This document shows positions 32,456-44,000 of a stretch of DNA of 45,669 nucleotides, piece by piece. Every line of letters begins with the position of its first letter. Positions within the stretch are counted from its first letter, which is position 1. A program made the position numbers and the translations under genes. The notes beneath the pieces were generated by a model, which saw nothing but the letters and a program-made list of their open reading frames with translations, was not told the DNA's origin and did no database searches. Source of the DNA: a virus. The stretch covers positions 1-45,669 of IMG/VR virus record IMGVR_UViG_3300031416_000018; one strand, given 5' to 3'.

Positions 32456-33014
32456 CGCGCCTAAAATAGATAATCCAAAATTAATTGATAGGACTATTGG
32501 CGACATTCAAGACGGCTTAATCGCCAATTTGCCATGGTTAAATAAAGCATTTGGCCGTGCTCAAAGATTAGTTAAAACGATAAACGGCAAAAAGCATTAT
32601 ACGCCTAACGTTTATTTAAAGGGTAATAATTATTTACCGGTATCGCCTGATTCGAAGATAGGAAACTTTAGTTTCTTTTTTATAGAAGATCCACAGGTAT
32701 TGGAACGTGATATTATTCCAGGGACTACAGGAAATGTTTATACTGACTTCTCGCTTATTTTCTGGTTTGATTTACGGACTATCTTTAATGACCCTGACAA
32801 TCGTAACACTGAGCAAATAAAGATGGATATTTTAAAGGTTTTAAATGGCGGGTTTCATTTGAGATTCGGGAGCCTTAAAATAAATAGGGTATATGAATTG
32901 GCCGAAAACATTTATAAAGGATTTTCTTTGGATGAGGTAGATAACCAATTCTTAATGCATCCTTTTGCGGGATTTAGATTCACAGGAGAAATGACAGTAA
33001 TAGAAGACTGTTAA
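32445..33014 (+). CDS. Hypothetical head-tail joining/tail protein (189 aa)
   Basis: 11-nt overlap upstream. Confidence 0.6.
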   Translation: MESNAPKIDNPKLIDRTIGDIQDGLIANLPWLNKAFGRAQRLVKTINGKKHYTPNVYLKGNNYLPVSPDSKIGNFSFFFIEDPQVLERDIIPGTTGNVYTDFSLIFWFDLRTIFNDPDNRNTEQIKMDILKVLNGGFHLRFGSLKINRVYELAENIYKGFSLDEVDNQFLMHPFAGFRFTGEMTVIEDC

Positions 33015-33045
33015 AAATATTACAATAATTATTAAAAATATTACG

Positions 33046-33303
33046 ATGATGTATTTTTTAATCACAGTTTTAATTGTATCACTTATCGCATCGTTTATTA
33101 TTTTGCTATTAAAGAAATTGAAAATAGTAACATGGATGCAGATGTATGGTAGTAAAATAATATCTGATTTATTCAAGTGTGATTTTTGTTTATCATTTTG
33201 GACCGCTGTAATAATATGCTTAATACCCTCAATATATTTTGGGGATGTTTCGTTTATGGCCGTTCCATTTTTATCAACCCCAATAACCCGTTTAATGATA
33301 TGA
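33046..33303 (+). CDS. Three-TM membrane protein (85 aa) embedded in the tail-assembly region
   Basis: Hydrophobic helices FLITVLIVSLIASFIILLL, CLSFWTAVIICLIPSIYF and FMAVPFL, plus a CDFCLSFW motif. Confidence 0.55.
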   Translation: MMYFLITVLIVSLIASFIILLLKKLKIVTWMQMYGSKIISDLFKCDFCLSFWTAVIICLIPSIYFGDVSFMAVPFLSTPITRLMI

Positions 33304-34055
33304 AACACGTTAAAATAGGAAAACACGATGTGGAAATTTATGATTCAATTGAAGATTTACCAATGATCAGATTTCACAAATACAATAAGATGCTTTTAAT
33401 TGATGGTGGTATAGGTTCTGACTTGTTGGATTTTGATGGTCACATAGAAAAAGCAATTGCGTATTCAAAAAGTAAAAACCCACAATTAGGGGCTATTGAG
33501 TTGGAAAATTTAAGACAGAATATTTATTTTATTCAATCTGAATTAAGTCCAAAACATTTGGCGTTTGCCGTCCTGGTTAAATCTATTGATGGAGTAGAGC
33601 AAACAGATTTATCACCCGAGGGATTGCAAAAGATCCTGGATCACTTTTCATATGTTCCGCAAAATGAAATGACCGCCCAAAGTGAAGCGGTCAAAAAAAA
33701 AATAGATGAGGAATTGCAATTGTATTATCCAAAATTGTTTGAGGATTCAACGGTGAAGGAATATTATGATGAATTACGAAAAAGGAATCTATTAGTATTA
33801 CAATCTATCATTGAAGGTGAAACGCCAGAACTTGAAAAAGAGATTGAATTGATTACTATTTCTTTAATAACATATAATAATCCTATGGTTTTCAATGGGT
33901 CAGAAAACGCAGAAATCCAACATAATAAAAACTTTGAGGATATGAGTTTATTAATTGCACAACATTTACATTTAGACCCTAAAAAATTTACTGTTTTAGA
34001 GTTTTATAGTTCGTTTGAGAGAGTGAAAGAAATGTTAAAACCAAAAAAACAATAG
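33300..34055 (+). CDS. Protein immediately upstream of the tape measure (tail assembly chaperone position)
   Basis: Start moved from 33186 to ATG 33300 (ATGA overlap); ends 1 nt before the tape-measure ATG; contains an A10 run. Confidence 0.55.
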   Translation: MKHVKIGKHDVEIYDSIEDLPMIRFHKYNKMLLIDGGIGSDLLDFDGHIEKAIAYSKSKNPQLGAIELENLRQNIYFIQSELSPKHLAFAVLVKSIDGVEQTDLSPEGLQKILDHFSYVPQNEMTAQSEAVKKKIDEELQLYYPKLFEDSTVKEYYDELRKRNLLVLQSIIEGETPELEKEIELITISLITYNNPMVFNGSENAEIQHNKNFEDMSLLIAQHLHLDPKKFTVLEFYSSFERVKEMLKPKKQ

Positions 34056-34056
34056 A

Positions 34057-37000
34057 ATGGCAGCAAATGAAAACAATCCAATAAAATACAGCGATCTCGT
34101 TAAAGAGGATGGCTCAATTGAAAAATTGATTCAACAGTTGGAGCAATTACGCACAATATACTCATCAACGTTACGCGATATCAATAGGGAGGCTATACAA
34201 TTAGCCAGGAGTCAACAGCAGGTATCTGGCGCAACCCAGGCCGGACAGCGTTCAATAAGATCATCATCAACCGAAGTTGATAGATTGAGCCGTGCATATA
34301 GGGAACTTAATCACGCAGAAAGTGAGAATGCTGTACGTATTGCTGAATTAAGACAGGCACAACGAGAAGCCAACGAAATAAACAGGTTAACCGTTAGATT
34401 AAATCAATCGGCTGAGGGATCATATAACCGATTAAGCGCGCAATATTCTTTAAATAGAATTTACCTTAATAATATGACCAGGGCTGAGCGTGATAACACC
34501 CAGGCGGGGCGTGAATTGACGGAACAAACAAGGGAATTGAGAGCCGAAATGCAGAGGTTGCAAGCTGCAACCGGAAACAACTCTTTAAATGTTGGTAATT
34601 ACCCGGAACAAATTGGTGAGCTAGTAGGTTTAAATAATGAATTTGGTAGATCATTAGTTCAAATGACTCAAAATGAGGGTGGAGTTGCTGCATTCTTTCA
34701 AAATATGGGAACTAATGTTGTTGCCTTTGGTCGTACTTTATTAGGTCTTTTGAAAAATCCTATGTTCCTAGCGTTAATAGGGGTTGCGGCTGGGGTTGCT
34801 GCTTTCAAATGGTGGTTTGATTACAATAAAGGTTTGTTGGAAGCGACCAGGCTAACAAAACAATTTACAGATTTATCCGGCAATGATCTAAAAGCACTAC
34901 GAAATGAAGTTCAGGCAACAGCCGATATGTATAATAAGGATTTCAAAGAGGTTTTGATTGCTTCAAATACTTTATCAAAACAGTTTGGAATTTCGCAGGC
35001 AGAAGCAATTAAAATTGTACAAGATGGATTTGTTGCAGGCGCTGATGCAAATGGTGAGTTTTTAGACACTTTGAAAGAATATCCGGCATACTTTAAGGAG
35101 GCGGGATTGTCGGCCGCTCAGTTCGTAGCTATTACGGCTCAGACAGCAAAATCGGGTATATATTCAGATAAAGGAGTTGATACCATTAAAGAAGGTAATT
35201 TAAGAATCCGGGAAATGACCAAGGCCACCGCAATGGCATTGGAGGGTATAGGTATTAATTACAAGGATGTACAGAAACAGTTACAGGATGGAACATTAAC
35301 AACATTTGATGTGTTACAACAGGTTTCTGCCAAATTAAATGAGTTGCCAGAAAGTAGCGCGGTTGTAGGTACTGCGATTGCGGATATATTTGGAGGTCCT
35401 GGTGAGGATGCTGGGTTAAAATATATCCAAACTTTAAAGGATATTGATTTAGATCTTAGTAACGTAGTTGCGAAATCTGGTGAGTTTGGTAAAACACAAC
35501 AGGAATTGGTGGCAAGCAATGCAGAATTAGCAAACGTAACATCAGCTATATTTGATCAAACAGGGGGTACATTTGAAATGTTAATTTCTAAAGGTAAAAT
35601 TTTAGCGAATGACGTTCTTATTTCCATTGTAAAAGGTTTAATTAATATTGTCAATTGGGGAATAAAAATATATAATAATAACTTACTTCTTAGGGGAGGT
35701 ATTCAGTTGATAATTTCATCTTTACAGGCATTATGGGAAACCACAAAAATTGTTTTTGGGCTTATGGCTGATCAAGCCAAAGCAGTTGGAGACGCTTTAG
35801 TGAGTTTGGCCGTATTTGATTTTAAAGGCTTTAACGATGCTATGAAACGTTTTGCTATTAATGGAGCAAAAGCAGCAAAAAATGTGGTTATGGCTACGGG
35901 TAACGCTGTTTTGAAAGGCATTAAAGATGTAAATAAAAAAATTGAACCAATTGAAATACCGGTATTAACCAAACCTGATGGATATACAGGTCCTACAAAG
36001 GCAAAAACTGGAAAAGCTGCGATAGCCAATTACGATAAGCCTGTAAAAGAAAATAAAGAAAAAGAAGTTGATCCCAACGCGATCTATAAAAAGAATCTTG
36101 ATTTACAACGAAAATATGAGGATGCTGTTTTATCGCTTGAAAGGGATTCGTTTGCAAAGCGTAGACAGGAAATATTATATAATTACCAAAGACAAAGCCA
36201 GGATTTACAGTTTCAATTGAAAACTGAAAAAGATTTAACAACCCAGGGTAGATTGGCAATCATTGGAATTATTTTAAATCTGGATAATCAGCAACGCCAG
36301 GAACTTGAAAAGCTAGATAATGAGCATAACATTTTTATGTTGAATCAACAGAAGGATGCTATACAGTTACGTTTGGATGCTGTTAAAAAAGGCACTGAGG
36401 CTGAATATTTATTAAGGGTTCAATTACTTGAAAAGGAAAGGGAGTTGGAATTGGCCCAAAATGCAGCAAAGCCAATTTCAGAACAAAAAAGCCATGAAGA
36501 TATAAAAGCCAGGTTTGCGGCTAATAAATCGGCTTTAGATGATGAATTTCAACAAATATCATTATTGCGTTTTGATCATCAACAAGCATTGGAACAATCT
36601 GAATTTGATTTATTGTATAACTCAGAAGCTCGTAAAACTAAATTTAGACTAGAAGCCGAAAAGAAACGCTTACAAAAGATTTTAGAACTAAATCAAACCA
36701 TGGGTAATAAATTGTCTGACCAGGAGGTGCAGACAATAAAAAACACTATTTCTAAAATAGATCAAGAAATTAAAACAGGTGATAAAGGCGGAAAAGATAT
36801 TTATGATTTAGTAGGTCTTAATTTAGATGATGATGCTAAAAATGCTATAAATGAAAGCGTTAGTTTTGCGTTAGGGCAATTATCAAATATTTTAGCGGCT
36901 AAAGTTGCAGCAGCGGATCAGGCAGTGCAGGCAGCTGATAAAGAGGTTGAAAGTTCACAAAAACTTTTAGATGCGGAATTACAAGCCAGGGCAAACGGTT

Positions 37001-37683
37001 ACGCGAATAACGTTTTGTACGCTCAAAAAGAATTGGATCAGGCTAAAAAAAATCAAGATAGAGCGAATAAGGAAAAAGAAAAAGCAGTTAAACAACAGCA
37101 GGCTTTAGACACTATTACACAAACTTCATCGTTAATTACTGCATCTGCTAATATATGGGCCTCTCTTTCGGTAATTCCTATTTATGGTACCGCGTTAGCG
37201 TTAGCGGCTATTGGTTTAATGTGGGGATCTTTTGCGGCATCTAAAATTAAAGCAAGGTCATTGACGAAATCTGACGGTGGTTCTGGGTCTGAATCATACG
37301 GTGATGGTACCGTTGAATTATTAGGCGGTGGGTCTCATCAATCTGGCAACGATGTTGATTTAGGTAGCACACCAGATGGTAAGAAAAGACGCGCGGAGGG
37401 TGGTGAATTCTTTGCTGTTATAAATAAAAGGAATTCCCGTAAATATAGACATGTTATCCCGGATGTGATAAAGTCATTTAATAACGGATCTTTTGCAAGT
37501 AAGTATTTAGGTGCATATGATGGCGCTAAAAATGTTTCAGTAAGTGTTGGAGGTGATAATATGGATGTTAGTCAAATAAAAGATGATGTGAGAGCAATTA
37601 AAAACAGAAGACAATATGTAAAAGACGGAAACGGAAATACTATTGAGATTTATAAAAACCTTAAAAGAACTATTAAAAAATGA
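34057..37683 (+). CDS. Tail tape measure protein
   Basis: 1208 aa, with long coiled-coil stretches and internal hydrophobic segments (NPMFLALIGVAAGVAAFKWWF; VIPIYGTALALAAIGLMWGSFAA); position is appropriate. Confidence 0.8.
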   Translation: MAANENNPIKYSDLVKEDGSIEKLIQQLEQLRTIYSSTLRDINREAIQLARSQQQVSGATQAGQRSIRSSSTEVDRLSRAYRELNHAESENAVRIAELRQAQREANEINRLTVRLNQSAEGSYNRLSAQYSLNRIYLNNMTRAERDNTQAGRELTEQTRELRAEMQRLQAATGNNSLNVGNYPEQIGELVGLNNEFGRSLVQMTQNEGGVAAFFQNMGTNVVAFGRTLLGLLKNPMFLALIGVAAGVAAFKWWFDYNKGLLEATRLTKQFTDLSGNDLKALRNEVQATADMYNKDFKEVLIASNTLSKQFGISQAEAIKIVQDGFVAGADANGEFLDTLKEYPAYFKEAGLSAAQFVAITAQTAKSGIYSDKGVDTIKEGNLRIREMTKATAMALEGIGINYKDVQKQLQDGTLTTFDVLQQVSAKLNELPESSAVVGTAIADIFGGPGEDAGLKYIQTLKDIDLDLSNVVAKSGEFGKTQQELVASNAELANVTSAIFDQTGGTFEMLISKGKILANDVLISIVKGLINIVNWGIKIYNNNLLLRGGIQLIISSLQALWETTKIVFGLMADQAKAVGDALVSLAVFDFKGFNDAMKRFAINGAKAAKNVVMATGNAVLKGIKDVNKKIEPIEIPVLTKPDGYTGPTKAKTGKAAIANYDKPVKENKEKEVDPNAIYKKNLDLQRKYEDAVLSLERDSFAKRRQEILYNYQRQSQDLQFQLKTEKDLTTQGRLAIIGIILNLDNQQRQELEKLDNEHNIFMLNQQKDAIQLRLDAVKKGTEAEYLLRVQLLEKERELELAQNAAKPISEQKSHEDIKARFAANKSALDDEFQQISLLRFDHQQALEQSEFDLLYNSEARKTKFRLEAEKKRLQKILELNQTMGNKLSDQEVQTIKNTISKIDQEIKTGDKGGKDIYDLVGLNLDDDAKNAINESVSFALGQLSNILAAKVAAADQAVQAADKEVESSQKLLDAELQARANGYANNVLYAQKELDQAKKNQDRANKEKEKAVKQQQALDTITQTSSLITASANIWASLSVIPIYGTALALAAIGLMWGSFAASKIKARSLTKSDGGSGSESYGDGTVELLGGGSHQSGNDVDLGSTPDGKKRRAEGGEFFAVINKRNSRKYRHVIPDVIKSFNNGSFASKYLGAYDGAKNVSVSVGGDNMDVSQIKDDVRAIKNRRQYVKDGNGNTIEIYKNLKRTIKK

Positions 37684-40178
37684 TACTGAGATATTTTATA
37701 TACTTAAATGAGGACAACACGGTTAAAACCCGTGTTCGTCCAAATTATAAAGATGATATTGCACTGGAAACTGAGTTGGAAAACAATCAAAGATTTTACA
37801 GGAATAAGTTATCAGGAAAAATTACATTCCAAAATGTAACAAACCAAAAGGATTTTGATTTTATAATGTCTCAGCCTTTCGATACTCAGTATAATTTGTT
37901 AGTTGAAAAATCGGATGATTACGGGCAAACATGGCAAACGGAACATTTATCAAAATTCTTTCAAACAGATTGTGATATTAATTTTGACGATGGCAATCTA
38001 GAGGTTCAGCCGGACCCAGTCGATGATTACACATTAACGTTGGCAAGTTTGGATAAAGAAATAAATTTAGCTGATTTTCCAATTGAAATACAGTCAATAC
38101 ATTTACAGAAAAGGCCATTGATTCAAATTTATATACCTGGTGATGAAATTGTTTCATGTTTTCTTTCAGGTATGGCATGGGAGCAGGATGTTAGAGAATC
38201 TACAACTGATTATGATTTATTAGTCAATCAATATCATTTTTCATTTACATCTGTTATTCGAAGTTTATATATAGAGATAGATGGTACCCCGGCAGATATA
38301 GCCGGAACATATTCAACTAAAACCCCAAATACAGCCCCATATACTGGCGAATTAATAGGTAATAATGGGTACAAAGTTACAATAGCGTCAGGACCGGACC
38401 CAAATGATCCTAATAGGTATATTATTGAACTTGTTATTTATAGGATTTCAGATAATCAGCCGTTATTTTTCTCATATTATAGTAGTGTTTTTCCTGGATT
38501 AATTGAAGACTATCCTATTATTTTTAATCCATTTACACCACATGGCACCGGCCAAGCGGTTGGAACATTTTCAACAAAACCAATTTATGCTCGTTATTTA
38601 TTAGATGTGCCAACTATTAGCGGTGTTAATACATATCCAATACCATCTGATGATTTAGTAGATAATAATAGAAACTATCATAGAATTATTGGTTATGCTA
38701 TAGATGTAGTGAGTGTATCTGAAAATTTTTCAGACACCCCAACTGAATGGGGTAAAAATTCAGCAGGTAAATATTTTTTACCGCCTTATTCGTTGTTTGG
38801 TGATAAGTTTTATCCGGTTGCTCGTAGTTTATGGGAAACATCATCTTATTGGTTTGCTTTTCATATAATGGATGAGTTTTTGGAAGTTAAAGGCCGGGCA
38901 CCTGTATTGCTTAAAGATTCATATCCTATTAGTTCTGTTATATCTGTTTTATTAAAACAATTTGCACCGGATATAATACATGAAGGAACACCGGAATACA
39001 GTCAATTTTTATATGGAGATACTAATCCGGTTGAAGGTAGAGCATTTAAAATATTCATGTCTCAAAAAACTAACTTATTAAATATTCAATATCAAAACCC
39101 GGCACAAAAAACACCAATGACGTTTGGTAAAGTAATGAATATGTTACGCGATTGTTTAAGATGTTATTGGTATATAGAGGATGGTAAATTAAAAATAGAG
39201 CATGTTAAATTTTTCATGAATGGAGGATCTTACGATGATACCCCGGTAATATCATATGACATAACTAAAATGATAAATCCGAGGAATGGTAAAGATTGGG
39301 GATTTGCTACATCAAAAATAACATTCGATAAAATGGATATGCCTGAAAGGTTTCAATTTAAATGGATGGATGATGTGAGTGATGCATTTGAAGGTTTGCC
39401 TATACAGGTGGTTTCACGTTATGTTATGCCTGGAAAGATTGAAGAAATAAATTTATCTTCTTTTAATTCTGATATTGATTATTTATTGCTTAATCCTGAT
39501 GATATCAGCAAAGATGGTTTTTGTCTTATGGGAGCGGTTGATTGGGAGGGATTCAAACCATTAGATTATGGTGATTATAGTTTTGAAGCAAATGGGGGTC
39601 CATCACAAACATATGAGATTAAACCAGAATTTGTTGGTCAAAACGCAAAAATTAAATTATTTGCCGAACAACTTTCGGGGACAGGATCAACATTTATATT
39701 TTTCTATGATTCAGGAGGAACCGGAATCCCAACGGTATTTCCATTTGTTCCATCTGGGGAAATTACTATTGATGTTTTAGTCCCTAATGGGGCTGCAAGC
39801 GTTGGAATTTATTCAAATGCTGACGTGGTCGGTCGTTTTATTTCATTCACGGTTCCCGGTGAATATGAATTACCGTTTGTTAAAGTACAGGCCAACGGGG
39901 TAACATCTATTTTACAAAATGGAATGCTAGCGTTTTCAACCTTACAGCCTAATTTTTACGTTTATGATTTGCCCGCTAAAAAAGTTATAATAAATGGTAT
40001 TGAAAGGTTTGTTGAAACTGACAGGAAAAGAAAACAAACATTTAGTTTTCCTGTATATGGTGACTTTGATCCAATGAAATTGGTTAATACTCACTTAGGA
40101 TTGGGACAAATAGATAAGATAAGTTTAAATTTGCATAGTAGAAGTGCTAAAACAACATTAAAGTATGACACAGAATAA
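37680..40178 (+). CDS. Distal tail / tail-tip protein (by position)
   Basis: 832 aa, ATGA overlap with the tape measure. Confidence 0.5.
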   Translation: MILRYFIYLNEDNTVKTRVRPNYKDDIALETELENNQRFYRNKLSGKITFQNVTNQKDFDFIMSQPFDTQYNLLVEKSDDYGQTWQTEHLSKFFQTDCDINFDDGNLEVQPDPVDDYTLTLASLDKEINLADFPIEIQSIHLQKRPLIQIYIPGDEIVSCFLSGMAWEQDVRESTTDYDLLVNQYHFSFTSVIRSLYIEIDGTPADIAGTYSTKTPNTAPYTGELIGNNGYKVTIASGPDPNDPNRYIIELVIYRISDNQPLFFSYYSSVFPGLIEDYPIIFNPFTPHGTGQAVGTFSTKPIYARYLLDVPTISGVNTYPIPSDDLVDNNRNYHRIIGYAIDVVSVSENFSDTPTEWGKNSAGKYFLPPYSLFGDKFYPVARSLWETSSYWFAFHIMDEFLEVKGRAPVLLKDSYPISSVISVLLKQFAPDIIHEGTPEYSQFLYGDTNPVEGRAFKIFMSQKTNLLNIQYQNPAQKTPMTFGKVMNMLRDCLRCYWYIEDGKLKIEHVKFFMNGGSYDDTPVISYDITKMINPRNGKDWGFATSKITFDKMDMPERFQFKWMDDVSDAFEGLPIQVVSRYVMPGKIEEINLSSFNSDIDYLLLNPDDISKDGFCLMGAVDWEGFKPLDYGDYSFEANGGPSQTYEIKPEFVGQNAKIKLFAEQLSGTGSTFIFFYDSGGTGIPTVFPFVPSGEITIDVLVPNGAASVGIYSNADVVGRFISFTVPGEYELPFVKVQANGVTSILQNGMLAFSTLQPNFYVYDLPAKKVIINGIERFVETDRKRKQTFSFPVYGDFDPMKLVNTHLGLGQIDKISLNLHSRSAKTTLKYDTE

Positions 40179-41025
40179 TAACATTAGCGTTTTGCCATGG
40201 TATAAAAATATAGATGAGCAAAACCACCGTAAATGGTACGCGTATAATTCAGTGTACCCATTGTTTACGCCTAAAGATAAAATTTTACCTTTCCAGATCA
40301 TTAGACCAACAAGGACAAACGTTATCACAGAGGCTAAATTGTACACTAAAGATGATGTTTTATTTGCAGATATAAAACAGCCTCTAATTGATACAGGATT
40401 ACAGATAGTTCCCTTCCCTGTCTTTGGGTATGATGTTATTGTTTATCCTGGTGTTTTACCAATGTCGATAAATACATCACCGGGCCAGTATTATGCTAAA
40501 ATATCAGATGGGGTTGACACCTGGATATCCGACATTTTTACAATTGTAATGAATATCAATAATTACACAAAAATAGAATGGTATGATCTGGATAATTTAG
40601 TTTTTGATCAGGGGCAAATAGTATATAAGGAACCATTATTTAAAAATGCTGTTTACTTTATTCCAGAAGTTGGAAAGCCTGAATATGAATTTCAAGAGGA
40701 AGGGGAAACGAGAGACGGATTTTTTTTCCCAGAAAAACAAATTTCGGAAAAAACATATAAAATGATGATAACGGCACCGGAATACCTTTGTGATGTTATG
40801 CGATTTATAAGGATGAGTGATATAGTAACGGTAACTGATAGGTATGGTAGGATTTACAATTGTGACACGTTTTTAATAACGCCTAAATGGGAGGTGCAAG
40901 GAGATATTGCAAATGTTGAAATAGAGTTTCAAACAGATACAGTTGTGAAGAAATTAGGCAAAGGGGTAATTATGGGTAATGGTGGCGATTTTAATGATGA
41001 TTTTAATGATGATTTTAGTAACTAA
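40165..41025 (+). CDS. Tail-tip/baseplate protein (286 aa) with a DFND repeat at the C-terminus
   Basis: 14-nt overlap upstream; C-terminal GGDFNDDFNDDFSN. Confidence 0.55.
   Translation: MTQNNNISVLPWYKNIDEQNHRKWYAYNSVYPLFTPKDKILPFQIIRPTRTNVITEAKLYTKDDVLFADIKQPLIDTGLQIVPFPVFGYDVIVYPGVLPMSINTSPGQYYAKISDGVDTWISDIFTIVMNINNYTKIEWYDLDNLVFDQGQIVYKEPLFKNAVYFIPEVGKPEYEFQEEGETRDGFFFPEKQISEKTYKMMITAPEYLCDVMRFIRMSDIVTVTDRYGRIYNCDTFLITPKWEVQGDIANVEIEFQTDTVVKKLGKGVIMGNGGDFNDDFNDDFSN
40987..41022 (+). repeat. Tandem 12-bp repeat x3 (GATTTTAATGAT, GATTTTAATGAT, GATTTTAGTAAC)
   Basis: Read directly; encodes DFND-DFND-DFSN. Confidence 0.9.
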
Positions 41026-41039
41026 TAAATTTTAAGGCA

Positions 41040-44000
41040 ATGAATAATGAAATTTTAAAACAGTCTGTCAGAGATCAGATTAAGGAAAACGGTAATAAGG
41101 AAATAACAGGCCCTATATTACAAAATACAATATTGGCTGTTATCAACCAATTTGGCACCGGGTCGGTTTATGGGGGCTTTGCGGTGCCAACTACAGTCCC
41201 GGCCAATACTGATGTAAATTTATTTTATCTAGCTAAAACACCGGGAACATATACAAATTTTGCATCATATGTTTTGACAGAAGGAAAGACAGTTGTATTT
41301 ACTAATAAAACAGGTGTTTGGGTTGCAGAGGAATATATTTCTGTTAAGTCAATTAAAACTATAGCAAAAACAGGTACGGTTGGTTTAGTAGATACATATA
41401 CGATAACTTATACTGATAACACTATTTTTACATTTACTGTAACTAATGGAGTTAAAACGGTTGATTGGTCAGCAACTTCATTTGTATCTGGTGTACAGGT
41501 TTTTAAAGATGGTCAAATATATGAATCAAACGCGGCAACGGTGGCGGGTGATGTGCCTGGTGTTTCTAGTAAATGGATTGTTAAAACAACGGCTTTTTCA
41601 GAGGAAAATTTTGATAATGCCGCAAAAGAATATATAACAAGCGAACTTATATCGCGTGATTTATCTACTGTAAATATGCCTAATAAAATTACAGCAGGTA
41701 CAGGATCTTCTATTTATACCTTATTATTGACTGAAAATGTAAAACTTAGCAAAATACGAGTAAAAGTAGCAAACAATGGTTTAGGCAACCTAGTATATAA
41801 AAGAGCCGGTGTTATTACTCCAATAGCATCAAATGTTAATTTAGTTGCCGGATGGAATGATGTTCCGGTTAGTTTTGATGCTTTAGTTTCTGATTATATA
41901 GGATATAGTACACAGACGTCAACAAGTGAATTGTATTTTGCGGACGGTACTGGCGGCACATACTATGCTAATACAGGACAGGTATTTAACGGAAATATTG
42001 CCGTTGAGGTTTACAAGGAGTCTAAAAAAGTAAATACTTTTGAAGAATTAGTAACGGCTGATTTAACAGGATCGGACAGTAATAATCAAGCTTTGGGAAC
42101 GTCTGTTTTTTATGGCCTCGAAGGTCTTTCAAAGCCAAAATTAAGGGATTTGGATTACGGGGTTGTTTCTTATTTCTTGCTTCCAGAAACTAAAGATGCG
42201 TTAGGAAATAATAAAATAAATTATTCAGCAAGTGGAGTAACTGGAAATTTCGCAATTGATTCTTATAATTTTTCATTTGGGTTTGTGATTAATTTTCCTA
42301 ACCTATATACAAGTGATAAAAATGTTGCAACCATAAATCTGGGATCATATACCGTGGTTATAAATGTTAGTCCGACAAAAATAGGTGCAACAATTGGTAC
42401 TCAATCAAATTCAATAACGTATGATTACAGCAATAAAAAAGTAGCTTTTGCTGTGGTAGGGGATGCGAGATTTTTAAATGTATATGCAAATGGCCAAAGG
42501 ATAGGATTTTTAAATGTTGGAAAAAAAGCGTCCAAAATAGAATTTACATTGAATCAACAAGACTCAAAACCAGTTGACAGTGTTGTGTATTGGGATCGTG
42601 ATATTTCAGCTGAAAGGGCTGCAAAATACTCAACAGATTACAACCCTTTTGATATTACATCACATAAAGACAAACTTTATCCATCAATAGGAAATCAATT
42701 AAGTAATAATTTTTTAGTTGGAAACCCTTATTTCGATGTTCCCGCTGAGCAAACTATTGTAAAATTTAAAGGAAAATATTTTCTATACTTTACTGCGGCA
42801 AAGTCAACCCCTACTAATTTTATAGAGTCAGGAGTTGCCGTTGCTACATCAAACAGGATTGACGGTGGTTATATGATGTACACAAATGATGTTGTGATAG
42901 GAGGTCTTAGAAATAAGGCAGGAGTAACCAGGGCCATGGCTTCCTGGGCGGGTGTAATAAATGATACTGTTTATGTATTTGCCGCAATGGATTATACGGC
43001 ATCAAACGCAGGAGGTAAAATATTTAAAAGTACGGATGGATTCAATTTCACCCTTGTTGGTGATTTTATACCTACAGGCATACCATACCTTGCAAACATT
43101 GGTATTTTCCCGGAAAAACAATCAAATAATTATTATTATGGAGTAGTTGAAGGAAAACCCGGAGGTGGTCCAACATGGGCGTTATACCTGGTTAGATCTT
43201 TAAATATAGAATCAGGATGGCAAGTTGTTCAAACGCTTCCAACTTTAGCAGTAAACGCTACAGGAATGTATGGAGGTGGTGATATTTTCAAATCATCAAA
43301 TGGGGACAGATGGATGATGATTTATCATTCTGCATATGAGTTGCCAGGAAACGCGCCAACAGCTTTATTTTATGCTGAATCAACAGAAGTTGAGCCAAAA
43401 ACATGGGTTAAAAAAGGAAAACTTTTGGACATTAATGATGAGTTGCCGTTTTACAATGCCTTTAATTGTGACCAGGTAGCTACACCTCAAATAATAGAGG
43501 ATAACGGCAAAACTTATATTTCTGAGGTCCTGGCGCAGAACGCACCGGAATTGCATTGCCAAATAAGATTGTTGGAATTTGACGGAAATAAGGAGGAATT
43601 ATTTGGCGTTGTCCCTTTAGAATATAACAAACAACCTTTGAATTTCTCTGTACAAAGTAAAGCACAATTAGTATTGGCTGATACTGGATTTGCAAAAATA
43701 CCTGTAGACTTTACAAAAATATTAGCGTTAGGATCATCCATAACAAATGGTGTTGGATCTGATGGAGCATCGGGAATTGATATTACAAAGGCTTGGAGGA
43801 CTCTATTACAAGTAACCTTAACAAATGTTTTGGGTAGAGCAATAACCGTTATAAATGGTGGGGTTAATGGTCAGAATACAACAAGTATGAATACTGCATT
43901 GCCTGGGTTGATTACTGCAAATTCACCACAGATAATAATTATAGAAGCAAGTATAAACGATGCTCAAACATCAGGGGTTGGGATAACAGTTGCGCAAAGT

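Noticed and set aside
32952-33326. 124-aa minus-strand ORF opposite the small membrane-protein gene
   Set aside because: It is the mirror image of a hydrophobic + strand ORF and is Ile/Phe/Lys-rich. It overlaps three + strand genes, including their coupled ATGA junction.
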